64,000 nt of DNA from a virus. Lineage: Duplodnaviria; Caudoviricetes. Position 1 is the first letter of the stretch. Each line of letters starts with the position of its first letter. Shown here one piece after another: positions 42,212-52,062 of the stretch. The stretch is taken from positions 1-64,000 of IMG/VR virus record IMGVR_UViG_3300033120_000804. The stretch is one strand, 5' to 3'. Made by a program: the position numbers and the translations under genes. Below the pieces are notes generated by a model. That model searched no databases. It was not told where the DNA came from and saw only the letters and a program-made list of their open reading frames with translations.

Positions 42212-42778
42212 TTAAAATGGCATACCATCTGGAGCAGGAGTTTCTGCCATTGAATCAGTTGTACCTGTTGTACTTGGAGGTGCAGGTTTTACATAAATAT
42301 CATATTGAGGGTTAGTAGTAAATTTACCCTTACCATCTTCTGCTGCAAATGGAGGAAATGATGGGAATACTGCATACCAATTTCCATTACTTGTATTTTG
42401 TTTATAAATAATTTTAAGATCTAGTTTTTTACCATAATTAGGAGAAAATACTTTTTCTTCCAATTTATTAATAAAATCAGCAAAAGAACTTACATCCTTT
42501 ACAGCTTCATTATATTCTTCTTGAGATACTAATTTAGTACAAATATGTAGAATATTAGTATTTAAGATTTTAATCCCTGTCTCTTTATCAGAATCAAAAA
42601 ATGATATATTAAGCATATAACCATTTGATTGTTTAAATGTTAATACTGCTCTTTTATCAGTGCCTTCTGCTAATCCAAAACTCACTATTTCATTACCTTT
42701 AACACATTCTCCCACAAGTTCTCTTGCAGTGATTAAAGATTTACCATTTTCATCTGTTGTATTACCGTATTTTTGCAT
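42212..42778 (-). CDS. putative single-stranded DNA-binding protein
   Basis: Flexible tail ending DGMPF; lies between the Sak4-like ATPase and the primase. Confidence 0.5.
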   Translation of the reverse strand: MQKYGNTTDENGKSLITARELVGECVKGNEIVSFGLAEGTDKRAVLTFKQSNGYMLNISFFDSDKETGIKILNTNILHICTKLVSQEEYNEAVKDVSSFADFINKLEEKVFSPNYGKKLDLKIIYKQNTSNGNWYAVFPSFPPFAAEDGKGKFTTNPQYDIYVKPAPPSTTGTTDSMAETPAPDGMPF

Positions 42779-42855
42779 AATAATTTTTTTCTAATTTATT
42801 TGTTTTTACTTTCCTTTACAAGCTCTTTTATTCTTATTTCTATCAAATCTTTTAG

Positions 42856-43170
42856 TCAATAAGGAAGATCGTCTTCTATTTTTTCTATAACTACTTCTTC
42901 AACTTTAGGTTTTCTAAATTCCTTTTGATTCTTCATCAATCTTTTAAATACATCTTCTGAAAGATCTTCTTCAAAAAGTACTTTAGGGACAAATTTAGTT
43001 GCCTTAATATCAGGATCTTTAAAAACTAATCTTAACTCTTTCTCAGTTAAATTATATTTTTCCATAATAGATCCAATTTCAGGATTATAAGCCTTATCTG
43101 TAGGTCTTTTTGAATATCCTGCTAAAATATCAGCTTTAATAGCTTCTCTTGATACTATAATTTCACTCAT
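42856..43170 (-). CDS. hypothetical protein (acidic DDLPY tail)
   Basis: 104-aa ORF. Confidence 0.5.
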   Translation of the reverse strand: MSEIIVSREAIKADILAGYSKRPTDKAYNPEIGSIMEKYNLTEKELRLVFKDPDIKATKFVPKVLFEEDLSEDVFKRLMKNQKEFRKPKVEEVVIEKIEDDLPY

Positions 43171-43180
43171 TATTATTTAT

Positions 43181-43870
43181 TTATGCATTATTATATTTGT
43201 GAATATATTCAGATACTAATCCTAAATCATTAGGAATATTAATATTTGGAAACATTCCAATAGGAGATCTAGCAGGATATTTACCATCATGATTAGTAAT
43301 AAATGAATAACTTACCTTACTTTCCTCATTTTTAGAAACATCTGAATATAAAATTACTGTAAATAACCCCTCTAAAGTTAAATATGAATCAATCATATGT
43401 CCTATGGTTTTCATTTTATATCCTGTCTCTTTATCTTCTTCTGGGTGCCACATAAAGTAGACATTTAAATCAGATCTTGTTTCTTTACAGGTAGTGATTA
43501 ATTTAGCTAAATTAGCACCCATATCTGTAAATTTATTATAGCCAGTTTCTTTAGCTCTAGCCATAAACTCAAAAGCTAAAATGTATTGACCATCATCAAT
43601 AATAATATCTTTAATATCTTCTCTAGAATCTGAGATATATTTGATTACTTTACAAATATCTTGTGAACTAGAGCTTTCAACTAAATTACCTCCTTCACTT
43701 ATTTTACCACCATAGAGTTTTTTCCATCCTCTAAATGGTAAATCCTTGCCTGCTACATTAATTATAACAGTTTGTTTAGGGTCTAAACCCTTAATTTTTA
43801 ATTCAGGTACTTCTCCAATACTAGTACTTTTACCAGTTCCAGATTTCCCCACAATAGCAATTGCTGACAT
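43181..43870 (-). CDS. AAA_24/Sak4-like ATPase
   Basis: GKSGTGKST, K.LPF.G, IIIDD.QY, GYNKF, K.KT.G and ARSP.GMF. Confidence 0.85.
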   Translation of the reverse strand: MSAIAIVGKSGTGKSTSIGEVPELKIKGLDPKQTVIINVAGKDLPFRGWKKLYGGKISEGGNLVESSSSQDICKVIKYISDSREDIKDIIIDDGQYILAFEFMARAKETGYNKFTDMGANLAKLITTCKETRSDLNVYFMWHPEEDKETGYKMKTIGHMIDSYLTLEGLFTVILYSDVSKNEESKVSYSFITNHDGKYPARSPIGMFPNINIPNDLGLVSEYIHKYNNA

Positions 43871-43895
43871 TTAATAATTTTTAATAATTTAAAAC

Positions 43896-43977
43896 CTTGT
43901 AGCAGGAACTGCAGATTAGTTCAATAGAATAACCATGTTGCTACAAGTAGAGTTCCCACTCTTATCTCTGCAGTCCC
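43896..43977 (-). ncRNA. putative pseudoknotted cis-regulatory RNA
   Basis: 11-bp outer stem, a hairpin with a GNRA-type loop and a 9-bp crossing helix, in a GC-rich intergenic patch. Confidence 0.5.
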
Positions 43978-44024
43978 TTTTGTTTTGGTTTGTTTTTAAC
44001 ATACTATTTATTGATTAAGTATAT

Positions 44025-45005
44025 TTATGCTCTCTTTACCCAGAGACCATCTTTTTGAATATATGTACTATTATCGTTTTTCAAACTAGCCATATATTGA
44101 TATAATTCAGGAGTCATTTCAGATGCTTTAGGTAGTTCTCTAAAAGTACCTGAAGGGCCTATAAAGTTTAAGCCTACGTTAATATTAGGTTCTCCATCTC
44201 TATTTGCGATTATTTCTAAATTTCTATAATGATTTCCTAGTTTAAGAATATCATATTTTTGAAACTCTTTCATTTGATAGAAAGAAGGATTAAATAATGC
44301 TAATATTACATTTGCATCCCGTACAGTATATTTACTATCTCCAAAATCTTTTGCAGTAGGTGTTAATCTACCAGATTTATGCCTTTCATCATTTTCACTA
44401 TCAAAAGCTAATTGTTGAATTGCAATAGGACTCATTTTAAATAAGTTTCTACAGAATACGAAATATGAAGATAGCTTATCAATGTTTTCCTTTAATTTAA
44501 AACCTCTCTCTTCCCTAAGTAAAGCAATATGATCAATAAATCCTAACCAATATGCTTTTTTATTTTTAGGTATAAAGCTATCTACTCTCATAATAGGATC
44601 TTTAGCAGGGTCTTGTTGTATATTTTTATACAGTACTTCACCCTTTGTTTTGCCTTTATTAAATAGATAATTATAAATACCTGTAGGGTTATCTACATCA
44701 GCATGAATAGTTAAAATATCTTCTAATTCATCAAAATAGTTTCTATATTTTAATATTAAGTCATATAGTTCTCCGCTTATTTTATTCTTACCTCTAGATA
44801 ATACTAAATTAGCATCTGCTATAATTCCATAGTCATGCCACAGTTTTCTAGAAATACCTTTAATAATCTTAGTTTGAACATCAATTTCATAAGAAAAATA
44901 ATCAATATCCAACTCAAATCCATCTAACTCATCCTTATCTTTTAAGGCTTTATAATAGTCAAAAGCTCCATAAAGAAATATATCATCTGCCAGACTCGTT
45001 TTTCC
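44025..45005 (-). CDS. dnaB: DnaB-like replicative helicase, exon 2
   Basis: Begins GKTSLADDIF; FSYEI, IDHIAL, IQQL, DFGDS and ANRDG motifs. Confidence 0.85.
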   Translation of the reverse strand, partial: GKTSLADDIFLYGAFDYYKALKDKDELDGFELDIDYFSYEIDVQTKIIKGISRKLWHDYGIIADANLVLSRGKNKISGELYDLILKYRNYFDELEDILTIHADVDNPTGIYNYLFNKGKTKGEVLYKNIQQDPAKDPIMRVDSFIPKNKKAYWLGFIDHIALLREERGFKLKENIDKLSSYFVFCRNLFKMSPIAIQQLAFDSENDERHKSGRLTPTAKDFGDSKYTVRDANVILALFNPSFYQMKEFQKYDILKLGNHYRNLEIIANRDGEPNINVGLNFIGPSGTFRELPKASEMTPELYQYMASLKNDNSTYIQKDGLWVKRA

Positions 45006-45061
45006 CAGTGTTGTTAACGTAAAGGCTCTTTATCCTTTACTTCTATATATTACTATATAGC

Positions 45062-46060
45062 TCAGACTATATCATCACTAGAATAGCCAAAATACTCTTT
45101 TTTTAAAATAATATTAAAAGTAGTATTTTCTATTCCAGGCAGGGCGCTCGTGTCAGCATTACTATCCTCAGCATTATCTGTTTGGATTTGGCTGTTAGTC
45201 GTTGAACCTTCTAAAGTATTACTACTTAAGCTTGGCTGCTGATTATCCTCACCGACTGTGATAGGACTTCCCAGCAATTCACCCTGTTTTTTAAGGTCTT
45301 CTATTAAATATCTATTTTTATATAAATTACGTTTATTTTTCATAGCTCTTGAAATTGTTTGAAATGTTTTATTAAAAAAAGTACCACAACTTTTATAAGA
45401 ATCAAATTCATAATAGATACCTGTGTAAGTATCTAAAACTAATAAAGCTTTCTGCCTCTTTAAAGAAACCTCTGTGTAATCTCTTCCTAAATATTCTTCT
45501 ATAATTTTACTATCATTTGAATATTTCCATTGAAATCCCCCAGCAGTTCTATGTTTTCCTTTTAGAACCCTTGTTATTTGACATGTTGAGATATTACATT
45601 GATCAGATGCTTTAGTAACAGAATTATATTCAATAATAAAATTACCCTTTAAATCATATTTCTTTATTTTCTTTTCACTATAACTTTTTATTTTTCCAGA
45701 CTTAATTCTAATTAGTCTAGTCTCAGACATCTTTTTTCTTGATTCATCTGTTACAGTTAAACGTATAACATCTTTCTTTAAATTATAATCTCCAAAAAGA
45801 TTAATCCATTTTTGTTCTACAATAGCTAAATTTTCAATACTACTCAATTCTAACAAAAAACAGATGAAATTTTCTTCAAAATATTTATTCCAAGCGGATT
45901 GAAGATATGAATTTTCATGCTTATTGTTACGTAATAAAGACCTATGTTTTAATAAACGATTTTTTATATTTTTTGAACTTCCTATATAACATTTATTATT
46001 AAATGTATTTTTAATGCAGTAAATCCCAATTGATTTCTCCCACTTATTGTCAATTTTCAT
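45062..46060 (-). CDS. GIY-YIG homing endonuclease with NUMOD-type DNA-binding domains
   Basis: GIYCIKN...CYIGSS, R...H...L, YDLKGNFI.EY.S and TAGGFQWKY. Confidence 0.9.
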   Translation of the reverse strand: MKIDNKWEKSIGIYCIKNTFNNKCYIGSSKNIKNRLLKHRSLLRNNKHENSYLQSAWNKYFEENFICFLLELSSIENLAIVEQKWINLFGDYNLKKDVIRLTVTDESRKKMSETRLIRIKSGKIKSYSEKKIKKYDLKGNFIIEYNSVTKASDQCNISTCQITRVLKGKHRTAGGFQWKYSNDSKIIEEYLGRDYTEVSLKRQKALLVLDTYTGIYYEFDSYKSCGTFFNKTFQTISRAMKNKRNLYKNRYLIEDLKKQGELLGSPITVGEDNQQPSLSSNTLEGSTTNSQIQTDNAEDSNADTSALPGIENTTFNIILKKEYFGYSSDDIV

Positions 46061-46074
46061 ATATCATATTTACA

Positions 46075-46082
46075 CAAATATA
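46075..46082 (-). promoter_or_regulatory. intron-internal TAnnTTTG promoter box
   Basis: TATATTTG 14 nt before the endonuclease ATG. Confidence 0.5.
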
Positions 46083-46127
46083 ATAAATATTATTTAATGA
46101 GGGATAAAATATTTAATTTTCTTTTTA

Positions 46128-46277
46128 AACCTTACTAGAAGCACCTATTAAATAATAAGTTTTCTGTTGTATGTTAGGTAAATATTGTTTAAGTCTTTCA
46201 AAAGCTATAGGTATTCCTTTATTGTTACCTTTTAATCCATCATCAATTTGTTCTAATGCTCTATCAAAATAACTCAT
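46128..46277 (-). CDS. dnaB: DnaB-like helicase, exon 1 (missing from the ORF track)
   Basis: MSYFDRALEQIDDGLKGNNKGIPIAFERLKQYLPNIQQKTYYLIGASSKV; ATGA overlap with the upstream gene. Confidence 0.85.
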
Positions 46278-46654
46278 AAAGTTTTTCTATAGTAAAGTTC
46301 GTTTTCAATTATATCTAATAAATGTTGTTCTATGTGTGATTTATATATTAAAATATCTTTAAGCTGTCTTAATTTTAAATCTTTTATTAACACCCATTCA
46401 ATTTGTAAGTCTTTATGTAATCCTTTGTATGTAGCAATTGACCATCTTAAATTATTTCTTCTAGTCTCATGACTACCATCATCTAATATGGTCAATTCTT
46501 CCCAGTCCACTTCAGATACCCTTCTTAAGTAATCATTACCTCCATCTATTGCTACAGAGCCACATTTACAAAATTTAAAATCATGTATATGATAAGATTG
46601 TATAACTTCTTCACATACTGGACATCTAATTTTGTTACATAAATATTTACTCAT
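46274..46654 (-). CDS. Zn-binding phage protein
   Basis: CPVC...S.H.HDF..CKCG...DGG..YLRR. Confidence 0.65.
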   Translation of the reverse strand: MSKYLCNKIRCPVCEEVIQSYHIHDFKFCKCGSVAIDGGNDYLRRVSEVDWEELTILDDGSHETRRNNLRWSIATYKGLHKDLQIEWVLIKDLKLRQLKDILIYKSHIEQHLLDIIENELYYRKTL

Positions 46655-46995
46655 AGTTTTTGCATTTTTATTAATTTTTTAAGAATTAGTTTTTCCATAG
46701 ATAGATCTTCTTTGATATTAATATTTTCTTCTATTGGTTTTTCATTTAAATGTATGATCTCATGTGAAAAAACCCAATAACATTTTGTGTAATCACTAAT
46801 ATTGATTTTTTTATCATCTAAAGTGTAAGCACTCCCCAACCTCCCCCCCCCTCCCACCAACCCAACTTCTTCACTAAAATTTATTAAGATTTCCTTTCGT
46901 CCTGCCATAGCCCTAATACTTTTCTCTTTAAAGCCTATTACCGTAGCATTATATGTTTTCTCAAATAAAACTAAATCACCAATATTAAAGTCCAT
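46651..46995 (-). CDS. hypothetical protein containing a G-rich tract
   Basis: F.IGD.V start and CYWV motif. Confidence 0.55.
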   Translation of the reverse strand: MDFNIGDLVLFEKTYNATVIGFKEKSIRAMAGRKEILINFSEEVGLVGGGGRLGSAYTLDDKKINISDYTKCYWVFSHEIIHLNEKPIEENINIKEDLSMEKLILKKLIKMQKL

Positions 46996-47001
46996 ATTAT
47001 T

Positions 47002-47211
47002 TTAAATAATATTTATCCAATGAAACCAAAAATATATTTGATAACACCACATTAATAAATTAAGTATACTTCCAAAAGTGTTTGTATTAAAACCAAAAGT
47101 TACAAGTAATGGAGCAATACTACATTCAAATATTTTTATCCAAGATAACATTCTAATTACAGTAAAATAAAATGTTAAACAAAATAATGTTATTTTTAAA
47201 AATTCTATCAT
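47002..47211 (-). CDS. small membrane protein
   Basis: Hydrophobic 69-aa ORF. Confidence 0.5.
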   Translation of the reverse strand: MIEFLKITLFCLTFYFTVIRMLSWIKIFECSIAPLLVTFGFNTNTFGSILNLLMWCYQIYFWFHWINII

Positions 47212-47213
47212 AA

Positions 47214-47423
47214 CTAATAATCTATTTCTATATAAAATGTTTCCTCTTCAATTCCAGGATGATTCTCTTTAAACCAAACATCTAACGGATTACTATTATC
47301 TAATGTATCAATATGCACTTCTACATAACAATTACTAGGATATTCTTTTAACCATTGTGGTATTAACTCTTCTGGTATAGAAGAATAACTTACTACTTTA
47401 CCATTAATTTCTTTTAAACTCAT
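47214..47423 (-). CDS. hypothetical protein
   Basis: 69-aa ORF, tightly packed. Confidence 0.5.
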   Translation of the reverse strand: MSLKEINGKVVSYSSIPEELIPQWLKEYPSNCYVEVHIDTLDNSNPLDVWFKENHPGIEEETFYIEIDY

Positions 47424-47425
47424 AT

Positions 47426-48016
47426 TTATATTTCTTTATGAAAAGATCCCCCTCCATTCTCAATTTGAGATAGATAATTATCTTTTCCTTTAATATCTTC
47501 AATCATTGAAGCTAAAGTAGAAGTTCTTTCTCCTTTTCTAACTTCTTTAAAAATGAAATAATCAGCACATTGCATATAATTGTAATTCTGCCTACTCATT
47601 TCAAATACATAGACTCTAGTAGCCTCATATATCTCTTCTTTGGAGAACTCTGGATACTCTTTGCAGAATATTACCATTTTCTTAAAACAGGCTCTCTTAT
47701 CACCTCTAGCAGGTCTACCTGTAGTTCTAACACCTTCTGGAAAGATTTGTCTCCATTCATCTATCCAACTTTCAATTAAAAGAGGGGAAGAATCACTTTT
47801 GAGTATATCTATAAATGCTTGCCTCAATAGGATACTCCCCTCTGTTATCTTACAAAATCCTTTGGCTTCTAAGTTTTTATTTAAAATATTTATTTGTTGT
47901 TGAGTTAAACCAGGATAATCTACATTTTTGTAGATACAAATTAAATAACAATATTCTGTTGGTGTTAAATTATACTTTTGTAACTTATATAAATTAAAAG
48001 AAATGTCCAGACTCAT
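47426..48016 (-). CDS. putative replication-associated DNA-binding protein
   Basis: wHTH-like N-terminus, I..AT..Y and YMQ.A.YFI.K motifs; near the helicase. Confidence 0.45.
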   Translation of the reverse strand: MSLDISFNLYKLQKYNLTPTEYCYLICIYKNVDYPGLTQQQINILNKNLEAKGFCKITEGSILLRQAFIDILKSDSSPLLIESWIDEWRQIFPEGVRTTGRPARGDKRACFKKMVIFCKEYPEFSKEEIYEATRVYVFEMSRQNYNYMQCADYFIFKEVRKGERTSTLASMIEDIKGKDNYLSQIENGGGSFHKEI

Positions 48017-48257
48017 GTCTCCTTGCTTCTAATTCATAATCTTCTGTAGTAAATATCTCATGAAGATTATATAGCTCATTATAACTTTCTACATTTTCTT
48101 CTGTACAAATTACATCAAAAGTTTCACTGATTGCTTTGGCATATTCTTTATTAGTTTTAATAAAAGAATTTTCTAATTGAACTGTTTTAAGCATTTTACC
48201 TAACTCATGTAATTCTACAGTTCTTTGATCTGTTTTTATATTTAACTCATCTAACAT
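47994..48257 (-). CDS. hypothetical protein
   Basis: 87-aa ORF. Confidence 0.5.
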   Translation of the reverse strand: MLDELNIKTDQRTVELHELGKMLKTVQLENSFIKTNKEYAKAISETFDVICTEENVESYNELYNLHEIFTTEDYELEARRHESGHFF

Positions 48258-48279
48258 AACTTATATTTTAAATTGATAA

Positions 48280-48705
48280 TTAACTAAAATGAAGTTCTAA
48301 AAACTCATTTAATTTATTACTTGTTTCCTTTATTTCATATAAATGACTCCTTACATCACCTTCTAAATACCAAACTACATACCCACGATTAGTTCTGAGA
48401 TCAAATCCTAAACCTGAGGCTTTATTCCTAAGAAATTTATCTCCTGTATATTTAAGCCAATAATGTTTACCATTATTTTTAGTAGAATAATTTAATGTCT
48501 TCTCTAATTCTACTTCAATACAAAAAGGAATATTATCAAACCCATCTATTTCCCCATGTCTATCTATATCTAAAATAATATAATTTTCTGAAGGACAGAT
48601 GGCTAATTGATAACCATCTGGTACTTTACCTTCAAAAAAAATATTGTCTGGTACTAAAGACCATTTTACAATTGGAGTCTTTTCTTTTAAAAGAAAACTT
48701 TTCAT
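48280..48705 (-). CDS. Prim-Pol (AEP-fold) catalytic domain protein
   Basis: K.P..KW, ILDID, T.NNG.HYW and DLR...GYVV. Confidence 0.75.
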   Translation of the reverse strand: MKSFLLKEKTPIVKWSLVPDNIFFEGKVPDGYQLAICPSENYIILDIDRHGEIDGFDNIPFCIEVELEKTLNYSTKNNGKHYWLKYTGDKFLRNKASGLGFDLRTNRGYVVWYLEGDVRSHLYEIKETSNKLNEFLELHFS

Positions 48706-49010
48706 TACATTTTATATCCTTTAGTATTAGATGGATTAGTCCACCAAGTACCATAATTATTATCATAAGCATATTCAAATACTCTATATAACTCTGCACT
48801 ATCATCAGCAGACAAAGGTAGAGATAAAAATTCTTCAATAGCTTCTTCTACTTCCTCTACTTCATCAATATCTAGATATAATGCATAACCAGAAATTATA
48901 GTAAAATCATAGTTTCTTCTACCATCTCCAAATGTTAATCCATTATTTTTAATAAAGTTTATAAGAATAGTTTTATTATCTATTTCTACTTCTTCTTTTG
49001 TTTTACTCAT
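48705..49010 (-). CDS. hypothetical protein (possible PriCT-like helical partner)
   Basis: GDGRRN motif; translationally coupled to the Prim-Pol gene. Confidence 0.4.
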   Translation of the reverse strand: MSKTKEEVEIDNKTILINFIKNNGLTFGDGRRNYDFTIISGYALYLDIDEVEEVEEAIEEFLSLPLSADDSAELYRVFEYAYDNNYGTWWTNPSNTKGYKM

Positions 49011-49210
49011 AATGCTTTTGAATAAGGGTTATTTTCAATCCATTCTGACAAAAAAGCATCCAATTCAGAACCTTCTAAACCTAAGTCAGAAAATTCTTTG
49101 TTTTTAATTTTTGCCCAGTTTTCTTTTGTATTTGCTAAATTTCCACTACTTCCAGAATTATCATCTGCTTGTAATGATGCTAACAAATCTTTAATTGTTG
49201 GTCCTGCCAT
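49007..49210 (-). CDS. hypothetical protein
   Basis: 67-aa ORF overlapping its downstream neighbour. Confidence 0.55.
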   Translation of the reverse strand: MAGPTIKDLLASLQADDNSGSSGNLANTKENWAKIKNKEFSDLGLEGSELDAFLSEWIENNPYSKAL

Positions 49211-49211
49211 A

Positions 49212-49958
49212 TTAAAATGATTTTACTTTTTCTTGTAATAGTATAATTTCTTCCTCAGTAATTTCATGAGTCTCTAACCATACATTACATATTTGTTTAA
49301 CTTTTTCTAGATCTCCTTTATAATTCTTAAGTCTATCATCAAAATCAGTTGATTTAAATACTGATTTATAACTTAACATTTCATCAATGATCTCTATGTA
49401 TTTCAATACTACTTTATCTGTATTGTAACCTCTTTTGTGGTATTTAAAACATCTTTCTAATTGTCTTAAAATTCTTGAACACTTCCACAAATCTAATTCA
49501 TAAAAAGCAAGATTCCATTTATTCCAATCAGCTGCCATCCCTGGAGAATCTGATAAATCAAGTAATTTCTGACTTCTTATATCAAAAGCTTTAGCAATAA
49601 TGTTCATATCAAAAGTAGATAATACACCAAAAGCATTTTGAGATTGTTTTTTAAATATGATATTTATATCAACGCAAAGATTATACTTAAATTTTATAGT
49701 TATTAATCCTAATTTATTTAAACTTGATTGTTTCTTATTAATATACTCATCAAATTTCCATTGTTCAAGAGGATCTAATATTTGAAACAAATCATTATAG
49801 TGCATTGCAAAAAGTACTTTAGTTAAGGATTGTTCATTATAGACAAAAAGATCTACATCTTGTCCTGGAAAATAATCTAATAAAGCACTGCCTGTAATAC
49901 AACCATCAATAGGCTGACTTTTCAGCCAACCTATTGCGTTGTTTATTTGTTCTACCAT
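49212..49958 (-). CDS. Pol-beta-superfamily nucleotidyltransferase
   Basis: ITGS...QDVDLF, FD.NI and R..KY.KRGY. Confidence 0.7.
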   Translation of the reverse strand: MVEQINNAIGWLKSQPIDGCITGSALLDYFPGQDVDLFVYNEQSLTKVLFAMHYNDLFQILDPLEQWKFDEYINKKQSSLNKLGLITIKFKYNLCVDINIIFKKQSQNAFGVLSTFDMNIIAKAFDIRSQKLLDLSDSPGMAADWNKWNLAFYELDLWKCSRILRQLERCFKYHKRGYNTDKVVLKYIEIIDEMLSYKSVFKSTDFDDRLKNYKGDLEKVKQICNVWLETHEITEEEIILLQEKVKSF

Positions 49959-50449
49959 TATAGCAAATCAATAACTTCTTTTAATGATTCTTGAACATCT
50001 TTGATTGTATAAATTTTATTCAATTTAACAATACCATTTCCAAAAAACAATCCATGTTCTTCAAACTCATTAATGATATTGAATTCTTGCATAAAATCAT
50101 TAAGACGAGACACATTAGCCATCTCTTCTTGATTTTTAGTAAATGCAAGAGCTTCTTTCTTCAATTTCTCTGTAATGTCCCCTACAGCTTTCTTAGGCAT
50201 ATCAAAGAACTCCTTTTTAGCTTTACCTTGTAGTTTAGCCATTACTTCAGCTTTTACTTGGTCTATACTAGCAGAAGCAGCAGTATCTTTAAATGTCTTC
50301 CCTTTACATGCTGCTGCAAATTCAACAATAAATTCTGCACGTCGTTGAGCTGCTACAAAATCTGCATTTGTTACTGGGCTTTCATCTTTTGCAGATAAAT
50401 AACCTCCATTAAGTAATTGAAGTCCGTCTTTTTTGATAAATTTTTCCAT
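49958..50449 (-). CDS. hypothetical protein
   Basis: 163-aa ORF inside the MoxR/VWA cluster. Confidence 0.6.
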   Translation of the reverse strand: MEKFIKKDGLQLLNGGYLSAKDESPVTNADFVAAQRRAEFIVEFAAACKGKTFKDTAASASIDQVKAEVMAKLQGKAKKEFFDMPKKAVGDITEKLKKEALAFTKNQEEMANVSRLNDFMQEFNIINEFEEHGLFFGNGIVKLNKIYTIKDVQESLKEVIDLL

Positions 50450-50461
50450 TTTAACTTTTTT

Positions 50462-51490
50462 TTATTTATTTAAATATTTCACCCAATCTTTAATATGTTC
50501 CGTTGTACTGGGTGTAAACCAACGAGCATAACCTGCTAAAGTATCATTTTTACGAGTATGGAAAGAAATTACTTTTTTAATTTCCCACTTGTTTAATTTT
50601 TGACCATCTACATCAGCAATTTTTTTTGTACCTGAATTATAAGTATTTCCCCAATCATGACCTGGATTATCTTCATCCCCAAATACAATAGCTGTTTCAT
50701 ATTTCCTAACTTCTGAACTTAATAATGCTTTAAAGTAAATTTGATCATTATCCATTTCATTTTCTTCATAGATTGTATCTACATTTAATGTATGGATATT
50801 TTCATAAGTATATAATGTAGATTTAGAACCAGTGATCATTATATCTGCATAAAAAGATTCACCTAAATGTTTAGCTAACATTAAACAGGTAGAAGATACT
50901 CCTCTAGGAATACTTCCTGAAATATCAATAATAATTAAATTTCTACTTGGAGAATTCATTTCTACTCCTCCATACATACCTCCTAATTTCTTATTGTACA
51001 TTAAAGGATTATGTGTTGCAAAATTATGGATATTAGTACTAATAGCTTCTTCAATACTATTTAGCCATACAGGGAATACATTTAATTGTTTTAGTTTATC
51101 TACATCAACAATAGCAGCATTATCCTTTAAAAAGGATTTAATTGAGCCTTTTCCTTCAAAATTTGATTTTACTTCTTTAGGTTCATCAGTTAACCAATAT
51201 TCTTCATCTGATTCTTTATAACTAAAACATTCTAGTCCTCCAAAGCCATATGATTCCATATCAAGAAATCCTGCATCCTTTAAAATTTGTTTAAAATTAA
51301 AAGGATAACCAGTTGCTACTGCTTTTTGATATAGAACCTCATATTCTAATATCCTTAAATAGTCATCATACTTAGATTCCTCACCATAAAAAAAAGGAAC
51401 ACCTATTGGTAATTCCTCTAATTCTTCTCTATTTGTAATAAAGAAGATTTTTGGTAATGGAATCTTTTTTTTACTTTCAAATAATCTCAT
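50462..51490 (-). CDS. VWA (MIDAS) domain protein
   Basis: IIIDISGSI (DxSxS) and IVFGD; adjacent to an AAA+ ATPase. Confidence 0.75.
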   Translation of the reverse strand: MRLFESKKKIPLPKIFFITNREELEELPIGVPFFYGEESKYDDYLRILEYEVLYQKAVATGYPFNFKQILKDAGFLDMESYGFGGLECFSYKESDEEYWLTDEPKEVKSNFEGKGSIKSFLKDNAAIVDVDKLKQLNVFPVWLNSIEEAISTNIHNFATHNPLMYNKKLGGMYGGVEMNSPSRNLIIIDISGSIPRGVSSTCLMLAKHLGESFYADIMITGSKSTLYTYENIHTLNVDTIYEENEMDNDQIYFKALLSSEVRKYETAIVFGDEDNPGHDWGNTYNSGTKKIADVDGQKLNKWEIKKVISFHTRKNDTLAGYARWFTPSTTEHIKDWVKYLNK

Positions 51491-52062
51491 TCTTCATGTG
51501 TTTTACTAAATCTAACCAAGGCATCATTTCATTTGGAGCAAATGATTCACCATTAGGCAGTTTTATGTTTTTCTTTGTTGTGTTTTTAATAGGAAGATTT
51601 AAAATAGGCATTAGTTTCTCTTCATATGGTGTTGGGCACTCTGCTATAATCATTGAAATAGCTTTGTCTAAACTTCTTGGTGTGTCGAAATTTCTACCTG
51701 CAAAATCTTCTTCTTTAATAAGCTTTACTAAGCTTGTTACTTGTTTGGCTGTAAGCATATATTTTTCCATGATGTAGTTTTTAAACATATCAGGGTCAAA
51801 TATAATAGGATACCAAACAAACCTTTCTTTAATTTGAGGAGTTAAAGGGCTCATTCCTTGTTCATTAGCAGCAGCTACAATCATAATATTAGGCAAAGAT
51901 TTACCTGAAATCATTCTTCTGTTTTCCAATACAGTTAAACAAGCTGCTAATACAGTAGGATTACCATTTAATAATTCATCAAAAAACAAAATATCTCCGT
52001 CTACTAAACTATCTAATTTATCAAAATTATAATAAATCATTTGTTTAAGATCTTTATCTGGC
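51477..52062 (-). CDS. MoxR-like AAA+ ATPase, exon 2
   Basis: PDKD.., Walker B ILFFDE, VAAAN, ERF and TPRS. Confidence 0.82.

Larger units (their letters stand above)
45006..46127 (-). mobile_element. group I intron in the helicase Walker A
   Basis: P AATTGCTGGGAA, Q AATCAGCAG, R GTTCAACGACTA and S GATATAGTC elements; 5' exon ends in U and the intron ends in G; splicing gives GASSKV|GKT. Confidence 0.9.

Noticed and set aside
46830-46870. G-rich tract as a second DGR variable repeat
   Set aside because: It shares only GGGTTGGT with the VR and mismatches the TR at non-adenine positions.
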